Origin: Buchnera aphidicola (Therioaphis trifolii)
Lineage (GTDB): Bacteria; Pseudomonadota; Gammaproteobacteria; Enterobacterales; Enterobacteriaceae
NCBI RefSeq assembly: GCF_005080705.1
Contig: NZ_CP032996.1
Coordinates: 120,001 to 152,000, forward strand
Reading direction: 5' to 3'
Length of the DNA stretch: 32,000 nucleotides
Each line of letters opens with the position of its first letter. Positions within the stretch are counted from its first letter, which is position 1. This document shows, piece by piece, positions 19,697-28,019 of this stretch. Under the pieces are notes generated by a model. That model did no database searches and was not told where the DNA came from. It worked only from the letters and a program-made list of their open reading frames with translations. The position numbers were made by a program, and so were the translations under genes.

Positions 19697-22222
19697 TTAG
19701 GGTGTATTAAATTTATTGTGAGAAATTTTTTGTAATGCTACTACTTTTTCATTTTTTGTTGTTCGGATTAAAATTACTCCTTGAGTATTTCGTCTTAATA
19801 TTCTAATTTCTGATACATTTGTTCTAACTAATGTTCCTGCATTAGTAATCATCATAATTTGATCATTTTCAGAAACTTGTATTGCACTAATCACTCCTCC
19901 ATTTTTTTTTGTAATTTTAATTGATCTTACTCCTTTAGTTGCTCGTGATTTAATAGGAAAATTTTCAATTTTGGTTCTTTTTCCATAACCATGTTCTGTA
20001 ACTGTTAAAATTGTACCATGTTTTTGAGGTACAAGTAATGATACCGCTTGATCATCTTTATTAATATTAATACCCCGAATACCATATGCTGTTCGTCCCA
20101 TTTTTCTTACTTCTTTTTCTGAAAAATGTACAACTTTTCCTTTTTTACTAAATAACATAATGTTATTTTTACCATTTGTAATTTCAGCTCCAATTAATTC
20201 ATCTTTATTTTTTAAATGAATAGCTATAATTCCTGTAGATCTTGGTTTTTTAAAAACATTTAATGCAGTTTTTTTAACAACACCATTAGCTGTTAACATA
20301 AAAATATTTTTATTATTTTTTGTTTTATTTAAATTTATAATTGCTGTAATACGTTCTTTTTTATTTAATGGAATTAAATTAATAATGGGTTTACCTCTGG
20401 CATGTCTACTAGATTCTGGTAATTGATATACTTTAATTCTATATAGAGTACCTCTATTTGAAAAACATAATATAGTATCATGAGTATTTGTTATTAATAA
20501 AGTTTGTATATAATCTTCTTTTTTAGTTTTAGCAGCAGATTTACCTTTACCGCCTCGATGTTGTGTTTCGTAATCTGATAATGGTTGATATTTTACATAT
20601 CCTGAATATGATAAAGTTACAATTACATCTTCTTTAGTAATCATATCTTCTATTTCAACTTCAGTATTATGTTCTATAATTTCTGTTTTTCTTTTATCTC
20701 CAAATTTATTTTGTATAATTATTAATTCATCTTTAATAATTTTTAACATATAATTATGATTATTTAAAATTTTTGATAATAATTGAATATGTTTTAATAA
20801 TTTTTTATATTCATTAAAAATTTTTTCATTTTCTAATGTAGTTAATTTTTGTAATTTTAAATCAAGAATTGATTGTACTTGTTTTTCAGTAAATTGATAT
20901 TCTATATAAGGTTTTTTATCTTTTTGTAATGTTTTATTTTTTATTTTTAAATTATTATATAATTGAGAATTAAGTTTCCATTTTTCAGATAATAATTTTT
21001 CTTTTGCAAATTTTGGTTGAACAGAATTTTTAATAATTTCAATAATTTTATTTATGTTATTTAATGCAATAGCTAGTCCTTGTAATATATGTACTTTTTT
21101 TTTTGTTTTCTTTAATTCAAATATGCTTCTTTTTGTAATAATATTTTCTCTATGTAATAAAAAACATTTTAAAATATTTTTTAATGACATTACTTTTGGT
21201 TGTCCATAATATAATGCTACCATATTTATACCAAAAGATATTTGCATTTGTGTTAATACATATAATTGATTTAATAATATTTCTTTAATTACATCTTTTT
21301 TAATTTCAATAACGATTCTCATGCCATCTTTATCTGATTCATCTCTTAAAGCATGGATTCCTTCGATTTTTTTTTCTTTTACTAATTCTGAAATTTTTGT
21401 AATTAATATAGATTTATTAACTTGATATGGTAATTCATATATTATAATAGTTTCACGTTTATTTTTAATATTTTTTTCTATTTTATGTCTAGCACGAATA
21501 TAAATTTTTCCTTTACCAGTACGATATGCATTTTCGATTCCCTGATATCCACTAATAATTCCAGAAGTAGGAAAATCTGGTCCTGGTATATAATTCATTA
21601 GTTCTTTTAATGATATATTTTTATTATTAATATATGCAAGGCAAGCATTAATTACTTCATTTAAATTATGTGGTGGAATATTTGTAGCCATTCCAACTGC
21701 AATACCAGAAGAACCATTAATTAATAAATTTGGTATTTTTGTTGGTAATACCTCAGGAATTTTTTCTGTTTCATCATAATTTGGTAAAAATTTTACAGTA
21801 TTTTTATCTAAATCATCTAATAATTCATGTGCTATTTTTGACATTCTTATTTCTGTATAACGCATAGCTGCTGCTGAATCACCATCTATTGATCCAAAGT
21901 TTCCTTGTCCTTCAATTAATACATATCGCAAAGAAAATGATTGAGCCATTCTGACTATTGCTTCATATACTGCTGAATCTCCATGAGGATGATATTTTCC
22001 AATTACATCACCTACAACTCGAGCAGATTTTTTATAAGGTTTATTCCAATCATTTCCTAAAATTTTCATAGCAAATAATATTCTTCTATGTACCGGTTTT
22101 AATCCATCTCTTACATCAGGTAATGCTCTTCCTACGATTACTGACATTGCATAATCAAGATAAGAAGATTTTAATTCTTTTTCAATATCAATTTGATGAA
22201 TATTTTTTAAAAATTTATTCAT
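19697..22222 (-). CDS. gyrA: DNA gyrase subunit A
   Basis: Long identity blocks with E. coli GyrA include [66 protein letters not shown] and [18 protein letters not shown]. The open frame extends to an ATG at 22237. The ATG at 22222 reproduces E. coli numbering exactly and has GAGA about 9 nt upstream, so I prefer it. Confidence 0.95.
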   Translation of the reverse strand: MNKFLKNIHQIDIEKELKSSYLDYAMSVIVGRALPDVRDGLKPVHRRILFAMKILGNDWNKPYKKSARVVGDVIGKYHPHGDSAVYEAIVRMAQSFSLRYVLIEGQGNFGSIDGDSAAAMRYTEIRMSKIAHELLDDLDKNTVKFLPNYDETEKIPEVLPTKIPNLLINGSSGIAVGMATNIPPHNLNEVINACLAYINNKNISLKELMNYIPGPDFPTSGIISGYQGIENAYRTGKGKIYIRARHKIEKNIKNKRETIIIYELPYQVNKSILITKISELVKEKKIEGIHALRDESDKDGMRIVIEIKKDVIKEILLNQLYVLTQMQISFGINMVALYYGQPKVMSLKNILKCFLLHRENIITKRSIFELKKTKKKVHILQGLAIALNNINKIIEIIKNSVQPKFAKEKLLSEKWKLNSQLYNNLKIKNKTLQKDKKPYIEYQFTEKQVQSILDLKLQKLTTLENEKIFNEYKKLLKHIQLLSKILNNHNYMLKIIKDELIIIQNKFGDKRKTEIIEHNTEVEIEDMITKEDVIVTLSYSGYVKYQPLSDYETQHRGGKGKSAAKTKKEDYIQTLLITNTHDTILCFSNRGTLYRIKVYQLPESSRHARGKPIINLIPLNKKERITAIINLNKTKNNKNIFMLTANGVVKKTALNVFKKPRSTGIIAIHLKNKDELIGAEITNGKNNIMLFSKKGKVVHFSEKEVRKMGRTAYGIRGININKDDQAVSLLVPQKHGTILTVTEHGYGKRTKIENFPIKSRATKGVRSIKITKKNGGVISAIQVSENDQIMMITNAGTLVRTNVSEIRILRRNTQGVILIRTTKNEKVVALQKISHNKFNTP

Positions 22223-22355
22223 ATATTTATTTCTCATAAAGTAATATAACTGTATTTAATATAAAAATATATTATATTAAAATAATATAAAGGTATTAAA
22301 ATAATATTTTTATTTTTTTATAATATTTAAAAATATCTTTTAAAATAGGATTTAT

Positions 22356-23072
22356 ATGAAAGAAACAGAAAAAAAATTAATTATTGATTTATTTAAGAAA
22401 ATAAAAAATGTAGAATTACAAACACCTAATAAAGATATTGAAGCGGAAAAATTAATTAATTTTTTATTAAATAATCAAAATAATGCAGTTTATTATATGG
22501 TACAAACAATTTTAGTACAAGAAATAATTATTCAGGAATTAAATGATAAAATAAAAAAAATAGAAAATCAAACAAATAATTCTTTTTCACAATCTTCTAG
22601 TTTTTTATCTGATCATTTAAAAAATAAAATTTTAGATATGCCTATTCAAAATAATTCATTATATAATAATAAATATGATACTTATAAAAAATTTGAATCT
22701 AATATTTTAGATACTAATTATTTAAATAATAAAAATAATTATTCTGGAAGTAATACTAGTGGCGGTGGTATATCTAGTTTTCTTGGTAATGCTTTACAAA
22801 CAGCAGTCGGTGTAGCAGGAGGTATGGTTGCTGGAAATATGATAACAGATTTTTTTCAAAATCATGATAAAGAACATGATATATCAAATCATGAAAATAA
22901 TTCAGATCATATAGATACTAAAGATCATATTGATAATTCTATTCATAATAATTTTTTAAATCCTGATACATCAGATGATTTTAATGTAGATAATAATGTT
23001 CATGATGATAATTCTCAAGATTTAAATATAGATGATATTGATGATACAAATGATTTTAATGATAATTTTTAA
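22356..23072 (+). CDS. conserved hypothetical protein, DUF2076/COG3416-like (glycine-rich hydrophobic core, acidic D/N/H tail)
   Basis: 238-aa ORF with AGGA 7 nt upstream. The architecture matches what I recall of DUF2076: an N-terminal LI.LF..IK helix, YYM.Q..LVQE, then a Gly-rich segment GGGISSFLGNALQTAVGVAGGMVAGNMITDFF and an acidic C-terminus. Family assignment is from memory only, without an HMM search. Confidence 0.6.
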   Translation: MKETEKKLIIDLFKKIKNVELQTPNKDIEAEKLINFLLNNQNNAVYYMVQTILVQEIIIQELNDKIKKIENQTNNSFSQSSSFLSDHLKNKILDMPIQNNSLYNNKYDTYKKFESNILDTNYLNNKNNYSGSNTSGGGISSFLGNALQTAVGVAGGMVAGNMITDFFQNHDKEHDISNHENNSDHIDTKDHIDNSIHNNFLNPDTSDDFNVDNNVHDDNSQDLNIDDIDDTNDFNDNF

Positions 23073-23113
23073 TATATTGTGTTATTATTTTTAATTTTTT
23101 ATATTTTTTAATA

Positions 23114-23150
23114 AAACCAGCTTTAATATTTTGCTGGTTTTATTTTTTTT
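23114..23150 (+). terminator. intrinsic terminator-like hairpin between the convergent DUF2076-like gene and the peroxiredoxin gene
   Basis: AAACCAGC (23114-23121), an 11-nt loop, then GCTGGTTT (23133-23140), followed by TATTTTTTTT. It lies 42 nt after the + strand stop codon and 9 nt past the minus-strand ahpC stop. Confidence 0.6.
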
Positions 23151-23739
23151 AATTATTATGATAATATTTTATTAAACCATCTTTTGATGGATGCATAGTT
23201 TTTTTTCCCTTTGTCCAATTTGCTGGACATACTTCTCCATGTTTTTCATAAAAATGTATTGCATCTATCATTCTTAACATATCTTTAATATTTCTTCCGA
23301 ATGGTAAATCATTTACTACTTGATGTCTAACAATACCTTTAGTATCAATTAAAAAAGATGCTCTTAAAGAAATTCCTAATGTAGGATGAGCAATATCATA
23401 GGATTCTTGAATTTCTCCTTTAATATCTGATATTAAAGTATACTTTAATTTTCCTATTCCACCTTTTTTAATTTCAATATTTTGCCATGCTTGATGTACA
23501 AAAACTGAATCACGAGATACACCAATAATTTCTGTATTTTTATTTTTAAATTCATTATATAATTTATTAAATGAAATAATTTCTGTTGGACAAACAAATG
23601 TAAAATCCATTGGCCAAAAAAATAAAATTGCTATTTTATTTTTTATGTTTTCTTTAAAATTAAATTCATCAATAATAGATCCATCTTTTAAAATAGCTGG
23701 AGCAATAAAATTTGGTGCATATTGAGAAACTAAATTCAT
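23149..23739 (-). CDS. ahpC: typical 2-Cys peroxiredoxin (Prx1/TsaA-like alkyl hydroperoxide reductase C)
   Basis: 196 aa. The peroxidatic Cys lies in FWPMDFTFVCPTE and the resolving Cys in GEVCPANW. Overall it looks closer to thioredoxin-dependent TsaA-type enzymes than to E. coli AhpC. AAGGA lies upstream of the ATG. Confidence 0.92.
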   Translation of the reverse strand: MNLVSQYAPNFIAPAILKDGSIIDEFNFKENIKNKIAILFFWPMDFTFVCPTEIISFNKLYNEFKNKNTEIIGVSRDSVFVHQAWQNIEIKKGGIGKLKYTLISDIKGEIQESYDIAHPTLGISLRASFLIDTKGIVRHQVVNDLPFGRNIKDMLRMIDAIHFYEKHGEVCPANWTKGKKTMHPSKDGLIKYYHNN

Positions 23740-23971
23740 TTTTTTTCCTTATTAATGAATTATTTTTTATATTATAATTTAATTTTATATTATTAATTAT
23801 ATAATGTTTAATTATAATTATTTTTTAATAAAGAAAAAAATATTAAATATTTTATAATAAATATATTAATTACAATTAATATATTATTTTTTTTAAATAT
23901 TATAAATAATGAATTTTATTTTTTATTTTTTTTATTTTTAATTAATATTATTATTTCAATTTATTAAAAAT

Positions 23972-24295
23972 TTATTTTTTAATATTAAACTTTTGAAAAG
24001 TATTAGAAAGAGATTTTTGAATTAATTTTATTCCTTTTATAATGGAATCTTCTTTTAATAATTTTATTTTTGGTATTTCAAATATTTTATCAAATTGATT
24101 TATTATGTTAGATAATTCTTTTAAAAAATTATTTAAGTTATCATATTTAATTTTTTTTATCGTTTCTTCAGATTTTTTTTTAATATTCTCAATATTGGCT
24201 TGTATTCTTAATTTTTTTTCTTTTTTTTTTTTAATCAGATGATTTAATTTTTTTTTTAATTTATTAATTTCTTCTATATTTATTTTATTCAACAT
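23972..24295 (-). CDS. grpE: truncated GrpE-like nucleotide exchange factor (helical part only; possible pseudogene remnant)
   Basis: 107 aa. LRIQANIENIKKKSEETIKK...FLKELSNIINQFDKI...IKGIKLIQKSLSNTFQKFNI aligns by eye with E. coli GrpE [20 protein letters not shown]...FINELLPVIDSLDRA...[20 protein letters not shown]. It is divergent from nadK, as in E. coli. The roughly 60-aa C-terminal beta domain is missing. Confidence 0.6.
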   Translation of the reverse strand: MLNKINIEEINKLKKKLNHLIKKKKEKKLRIQANIENIKKKSEETIKKIKYDNLNNFLKELSNIINQFDKIFEIPKIKLLKEDSIIKGIKLIQKSLSNTFQKFNIKK

Positions 24296-24409
24296 GTTAT
24301 TTTATAATGTTATTAATATTAATATTGATAATTTTATTATAAATATTTTTATAGTTTATTCAATAATATATTATTATTTTTTGTTTTTTATTTAAGGAAT
24401 ATTCAAATA

Positions 24410-25285
24410 ATGACAATAAAATTTAAGTCAATTGCAATTTTAGGATATCCTCGTGATTTAAATTTATTTTTAAATCATAAAATTTTATATGATTGGTTAA
24501 TAAAAAAAGGATATAATGTTGTTATTGAAAAAAGTATTTCTAAATTTCTTAATTTAAAAAATCCAAATATTGCAACATTAATACAAATTGGAGAAAAATG
24601 TGAATTAGGTATTGTAATTGGTGGAGATGGAAATATGTTATGTGTTTTAAAAAAATTATTTTCTTATCCAATTAAAATTATTGGTATTAATTGTGGTAAT
24701 TTAGGATTTTTAGCAGATTTAAATCCTGATGATATGATTGTAAAATTATCAGAAATTTTATCTGGTTTTTATTATATAGAAAAAAGATTTTTATTAGAAG
24801 TAAATATTTTTGATAAAAAAATAAAAAAAAAAAGTTTTGCTATTAATGAAATAGTTTTACATCCAGAAAAGATATCAAAAATGATAGAATTTGAAGTTTA
24901 TATTAGTAAAAAATTTGCATTTTATCAAAGATCTGATGGAATAATTATTTCTACTCCGACTGGTTCTACTGGATATGCGCTTTCTGCTGGTGGTCCAATT
25001 TTATCATTATCTTCAAAATCAATTGTTATAGTTCCTATGTTACCTCATACATTATCTGCTCGTCCAATTGTTATTAGCAATAATGATATTATTAAATTAA
25101 AATTATTTAATTTAGAAAATAAATTAAAAATTAGTTGTGATGGTCAAGTAAAATTATCTATTTTTAATGAAAAAAAAATTTATATTTATAAAAGTAAATA
25201 TTTTGTAAATTTTATTCATCCTAATAATTATCATTATTTAAATGTATTAAGAAAAAAATTAAATTGGTCAAAAAATTTTTTTTAA
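24410..25285 (+). CDS. nadK: NAD kinase
   Basis: 291 aa. GGDGNML, GINCGNLGFL, EKRFLLE, NEIVLHP, MIEFEVYI, FAFYQRSDGIIISTPTGSTGYALSAGGPIL, PHTLSARP and KLNWSK are collinear with E. coli NadK. AAGGA lies upstream. Confidence 0.95.
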   Translation: MTIKFKSIAILGYPRDLNLFLNHKILYDWLIKKGYNVVIEKSISKFLNLKNPNIATLIQIGEKCELGIVIGGDGNMLCVLKKLFSYPIKIIGINCGNLGFLADLNPDDMIVKLSEILSGFYYIEKRFLLEVNIFDKKIKKKSFAINEIVLHPEKISKMIEFEVYISKKFAFYQRSDGIIISTPTGSTGYALSAGGPILSLSSKSIVIVPMLPHTLSARPIVISNNDIIKLKLFNLENKLKISCDGQVKLSIFNEKKIYIYKSKYFVNFIHPNNYHYLNVLRKKLNWSKNFF

Positions 25286-25385
25286 TTTTAAATGATATTT
25301 ATTATTAAATACATTTTTATTTTTTTTTAATAATTTTTAAAATATTTTATTATTTTAAATAATATATTTTATATAAAAAATTTTT

Positions 25386-25749
25386 TGGAGCTGGCGGGAT
25401 TCGAACCCGCGTCCAAAATATTTACAACTATAGTATTACATGCTTATTCTTTTATTTTTTTTAGTATTTTAGTATAAAAGACAATACTTTTTTAAATACC
25501 TATCTCAATTTTTTTTCCATATAAGATATGAGAAATTCCTATATTGGATTTCTTTTTTTTAACCTTTAAATATTTTATTCTTTTAAAAGAATAAATAAGA
25601 ATAAAAAAAGGACTTTAATAGTTTATTAAGCTGCTAAAGCGTATTGTTCTTGTTTTGCATTTATTAAATTTTCGGTTTTTATCGAGGCAACCGAACCTCG
25701 GCATGAACTAATAGTTTTCAAAAATTTTGTCGAATCCAATATCAGCCCC
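25386..25749 (-). ncRNA. ssrA: transfer-messenger RNA (tmRNA, SsrA)
   Basis: On the minus strand the 5' end reads GGGGCTGATATTGGATTCGAC...ATGCCGAGG..GGTTGCCTCG. The 3' end reads GGACGCGGGTTCGAATCCCGCCAGCTCCA. Both are near-identical to the tRNA-like domain of E. coli tmRNA. An internal tag reading frame is present. The terminal CCA is not encoded (AAAAA follows the discriminator A). Confidence 0.95.
25626..25658 (-). other. tmRNA tag reading frame encoding AKQEQYALAA, followed by tandem stops
   Basis: The minus strand reads GCA AAA CAA GAA CAA TAC GCT TTA GCA GCT TAA TAA. This is positionally equivalent to E. coli GCA AAC GAC GAA AAC TAC GCT TTA GCA GCT TAA TAA (ANDENYALAA). Confidence 0.85.
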
Positions 25750-25841
25750 AAATTTAATATTTATAAAATATATATTATATTATATAATAATACTTGTAAA
25801 ATATTTTTTTTATATAAATATATTAAATAATAAGGATACAT

Positions 25842-26156
25842 ATGAATTGTTTAGAAATAATAAAAAAACAAATTAAAGATAATCCAATTTTATTATATAT
25901 GAAAGGTATTCCTGATTCTCCAAGTTGTGGTTATTCTGCTCGTGCAGTAGAAGCATTATCTCATTGTAAGGTACGATTTTCATATGTTGATGTTTTAGAA
26001 AATGAAAAAATTCGTTTTACATTACCTAAATATGCCAATTGGCCAACATTTCCTCAATTATGGGTTAAAGGTAAATTAATTGGTGGATGTGATATTATTA
26101 TACAAATGTTAGAGAATGGAGAATTAAAAAAAATTTTAAATGATGCAATTAAATAA
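25842..26156 (+). CDS. grxD: monothiol glutaredoxin (Grx4 family)
   Basis: 104 aa. NPILLYMKG.P..PSCG(Y)SA.AV.AL and LPKYANWPTFPQLWV.G.L.GGCDI are collinear with E. coli GrxD. AAGGA lies upstream. Confidence 0.94.
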   Translation: MNCLEIIKKQIKDNPILLYMKGIPDSPSCGYSARAVEALSHCKVRFSYVDVLENEKIRFTLPKYANWPTFPQLWVKGKLIGGCDIIIQMLENGELKKILNDAIK

Positions 26157-26178
26157 TTTTTTTTAATTTTTTAAATTT

Positions 26179-26808
26179 TTATTTTTTAGGAGGCCATCCT
26201 CCTAATTTTTTCCATTTATTAATTAATGTACAAAATAAATTTGCTGTTTGTAAAGTATCATATAAAGCAGAATGTGCTTGTTGATTATCAAATGATAATC
26301 CAATAGCTTTACATGCTTTTGCTAAAACAGTTTGTCCTAAAGCTAATCCACTTAATGTTGCTGTATCAAAAGTGACAAATGGATGAAAAGGATGATTAAT
26401 AATATTACATCTTTTTATAGCTTCCATGAGAAAATTATAATCAAAATTTGCATTATGAGCTACAATAATACTTTTTTTGCAATTATTATTTTTCATTTCT
26501 TGATATATGATATCAAATATACAATTTAAAGCTTCTTTTTCATGTACAGCTTGTCTTAAAGGATTAAATGGATCAATTTTATTAAATAAAAAAGAGGATG
26601 TTTCAATTAACGATCCTGGAAATGGTTTAATATGAAAATGTATTGTTTTTGCTTTTTTTAACCAACCATTTGTATCCATTTTTAATGTAACCACTGCTAT
26701 TTCAACTAAAGCATGAATTTTATGATTAAATCCAGTAGTTTCAATATCTATTACTACAGGATAAAAATTTCTAAATCTTTTATTTAAATTATTATATTGA
26801 GCTTTCAT
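26179..26808 (-). CDS. rnt: ribonuclease T
   Basis: 209 aa. The DEDDh exonuclease motifs are FYPVVIDIETTGF, VAHNANFDYNFL and QAHSALYDT. FHPF.TFDTA.L.GLALGQTVL.KAC and WK.LGGWP match E. coli RNase T. Confidence 0.95.
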   Translation of the reverse strand: MKAQYNNLNKRFRNFYPVVIDIETTGFNHKIHALVEIAVVTLKMDTNGWLKKAKTIHFHIKPFPGSLIETSSFLFNKIDPFNPLRQAVHEKEALNCIFDIIYQEMKNNNCKKSIIVAHNANFDYNFLMEAIKRCNIINHPFHPFVTFDTATLSGLALGQTVLAKACKAIGLSFDNQQAHSALYDTLQTANLFCTLINKWKKLGGWPPKK

Positions 26809-26891
26809 TTTATTATTTTTAATTTATGAATTTAAATTATATTTTATTTGAAATAAATAATTATTATTAATATATTTTTTTGGAGTATAAT

Positions 26892-27962
26892 ATGGGTTTT
26901 CATTGTGGAATAATTGGTTTACCTAATGTAGGTAAATCAACTTTATTTAATATTTTAACTAATTCTAACATTCCAGCAAAAAATTTTCCATTTTGTACTA
27001 TTAAATCTAATTTTGGTATTGCTCCAGTATTTGATGATAGATTAAATGTCATTTCAAGTATTGTTAATCCAAATAAAATTACAACTACATTTATGGAATT
27101 TGTAGATATCGCTGGATTAGTAAAAGGAGCTTCAAAAGGATTAGGATTAGGTAATCAATTTTTAGATAATATTAGAAGAACTAATTTAATTATTCATGTA
27201 GTTAGATGTTTTAATAATGATAGTATTATTCATGTACATAATAATGTAAATCCAATATATGATATTGAAATAATTAATATGGAATTAATAATATCAGATT
27301 TACAATTATGTCAAAAAGAAATATTAAAATTAAAAAAAAAAAAAGTACATAATGATAAAATTATTATTTTAGAAAATTGTATACATTTTTTACAAAATGG
27401 TAATATGTTACGAGATTTGAATTTAAGTAATATAGAATTAAAAATTATATATGATATTAATTTAATTACATTAAAACCTGTAATATATATATTTAATATT
27501 TCTGAAGATAGTAAACAAGAATCTTATTTTGATAAATTATTAAATTATATGAATAAAAGAAATAATATTTTTATTACAATAAAAATATTAGAAGAAATGC
27601 AAAATGAATATTTAAAATTAGAAAATAATAATTATTTAAATTTAGTAAAAAATGATAAATCTAAAATTAATGATATTATTCAAACAGGATATAAAATTTT
27701 AAAATTGCAAAATTTTTTTACAGTTGGAAAAAAAGAAATACGATCATGGACTATACCTATAGGTACAACAAGTATTCAAGCTGCTAAAAAAATACATACA
27801 GATTTTCAAAGAGGATTTATTCGATCTAAAATAATTAGTTATGTTGATTTTATTAAATTTAAAAATGAACATGAGTTAAAAAAATTTGGTAAAATTCGTA
27901 TTGAAGGTAAAAATTATATAATACAAGATGGTGATATTATTGAATTTTTATTTAAAGTATAA
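26892..27962 (+). CDS. ychF: ribosome-binding ATPase YchF (Obg-family)
   Basis: MGFHCGIIGLPNVGKSTLFN, FPFCTI, MEFVDIAGLVKGASKGLGLGNQFL, HVVRCF, TLKP, FFT.G.KE.R.WTIP.GT...AA.KIHTDF.RGFIR and GK.Y...DGD...FLF.V match E. coli YchF. The track ORF begins at a TTG (26880), but homologues start at MGF, and GGAG sits 6-7 nt upstream of the ATG at 26892. Confidence 0.94.
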   Translation: MGFHCGIIGLPNVGKSTLFNILTNSNIPAKNFPFCTIKSNFGIAPVFDDRLNVISSIVNPNKITTTFMEFVDIAGLVKGASKGLGLGNQFLDNIRRTNLIIHVVRCFNNDSIIHVHNNVNPIYDIEIINMELIISDLQLCQKEILKLKKKKVHNDKIIILENCIHFLQNGNMLRDLNLSNIELKIIYDINLITLKPVIYIFNISEDSKQESYFDKLLNYMNKRNNIFITIKILEEMQNEYLKLENNNYLNLVKNDKSKINDIIQTGYKILKLQNFFTVGKKEIRSWTIPIGTTSIQAAKKIHTDFQRGFIRSKIISYVDFIKFKNEHELKKFGKIRIEGKNYIIQDGDIIEFLFKV

Positions 27963-27971
27963 TTTTTTATT

Positions 27972-27998
27972 AGAGAAGAAAATATCATTTTCTCCTCT
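27972..27998. other. imperfect hairpin in the ychF/thrC convergent spacer (possible transcript-end structure)
   Basis: AGAGAAGAAAAT (27972-27983), ATC loop, ATTTTCTCCTCT (27987-27998), giving 11 of 12 pairs. There is no clear downstream U-tract on either strand, so terminator function is uncertain. Confidence 0.35.
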
Positions 27999-28019
27999 AA
28001 GTAATAAATAATATATTTA

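Noticed and set aside
23740-23971. A hidden small gene or structured ncRNA in the long ahpC-grpE spacer.
   Set aside because: There is no ORF of useful length in any frame, essentially no G/C to build helices, and no repeats. It is better interpreted as decayed sequence (see the grpE finding).
24336-24363. A TTGAAT-16 nt-TATAAT promoter-like pair on the minus strand about 40 nt upstream of grpE. Many other TATAAT-like hexamers occur in every spacer, for example in 14140-14320, 22238-22355 and 25750-25841.
   Set aside because: At about 80% A+T such matches are ubiquitous and cannot be distinguished from background without TSS data. No sigma-32-type CCCCAT -10 element is present upstream of grpE.
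26880-26891. A TTG-initiated 4-codon N-terminal extension of ychF (MEYN-).
   Set aside because: Homologues start at MGF... The GGAG within this stretch is better explained as the SD for the ATG at 26892.
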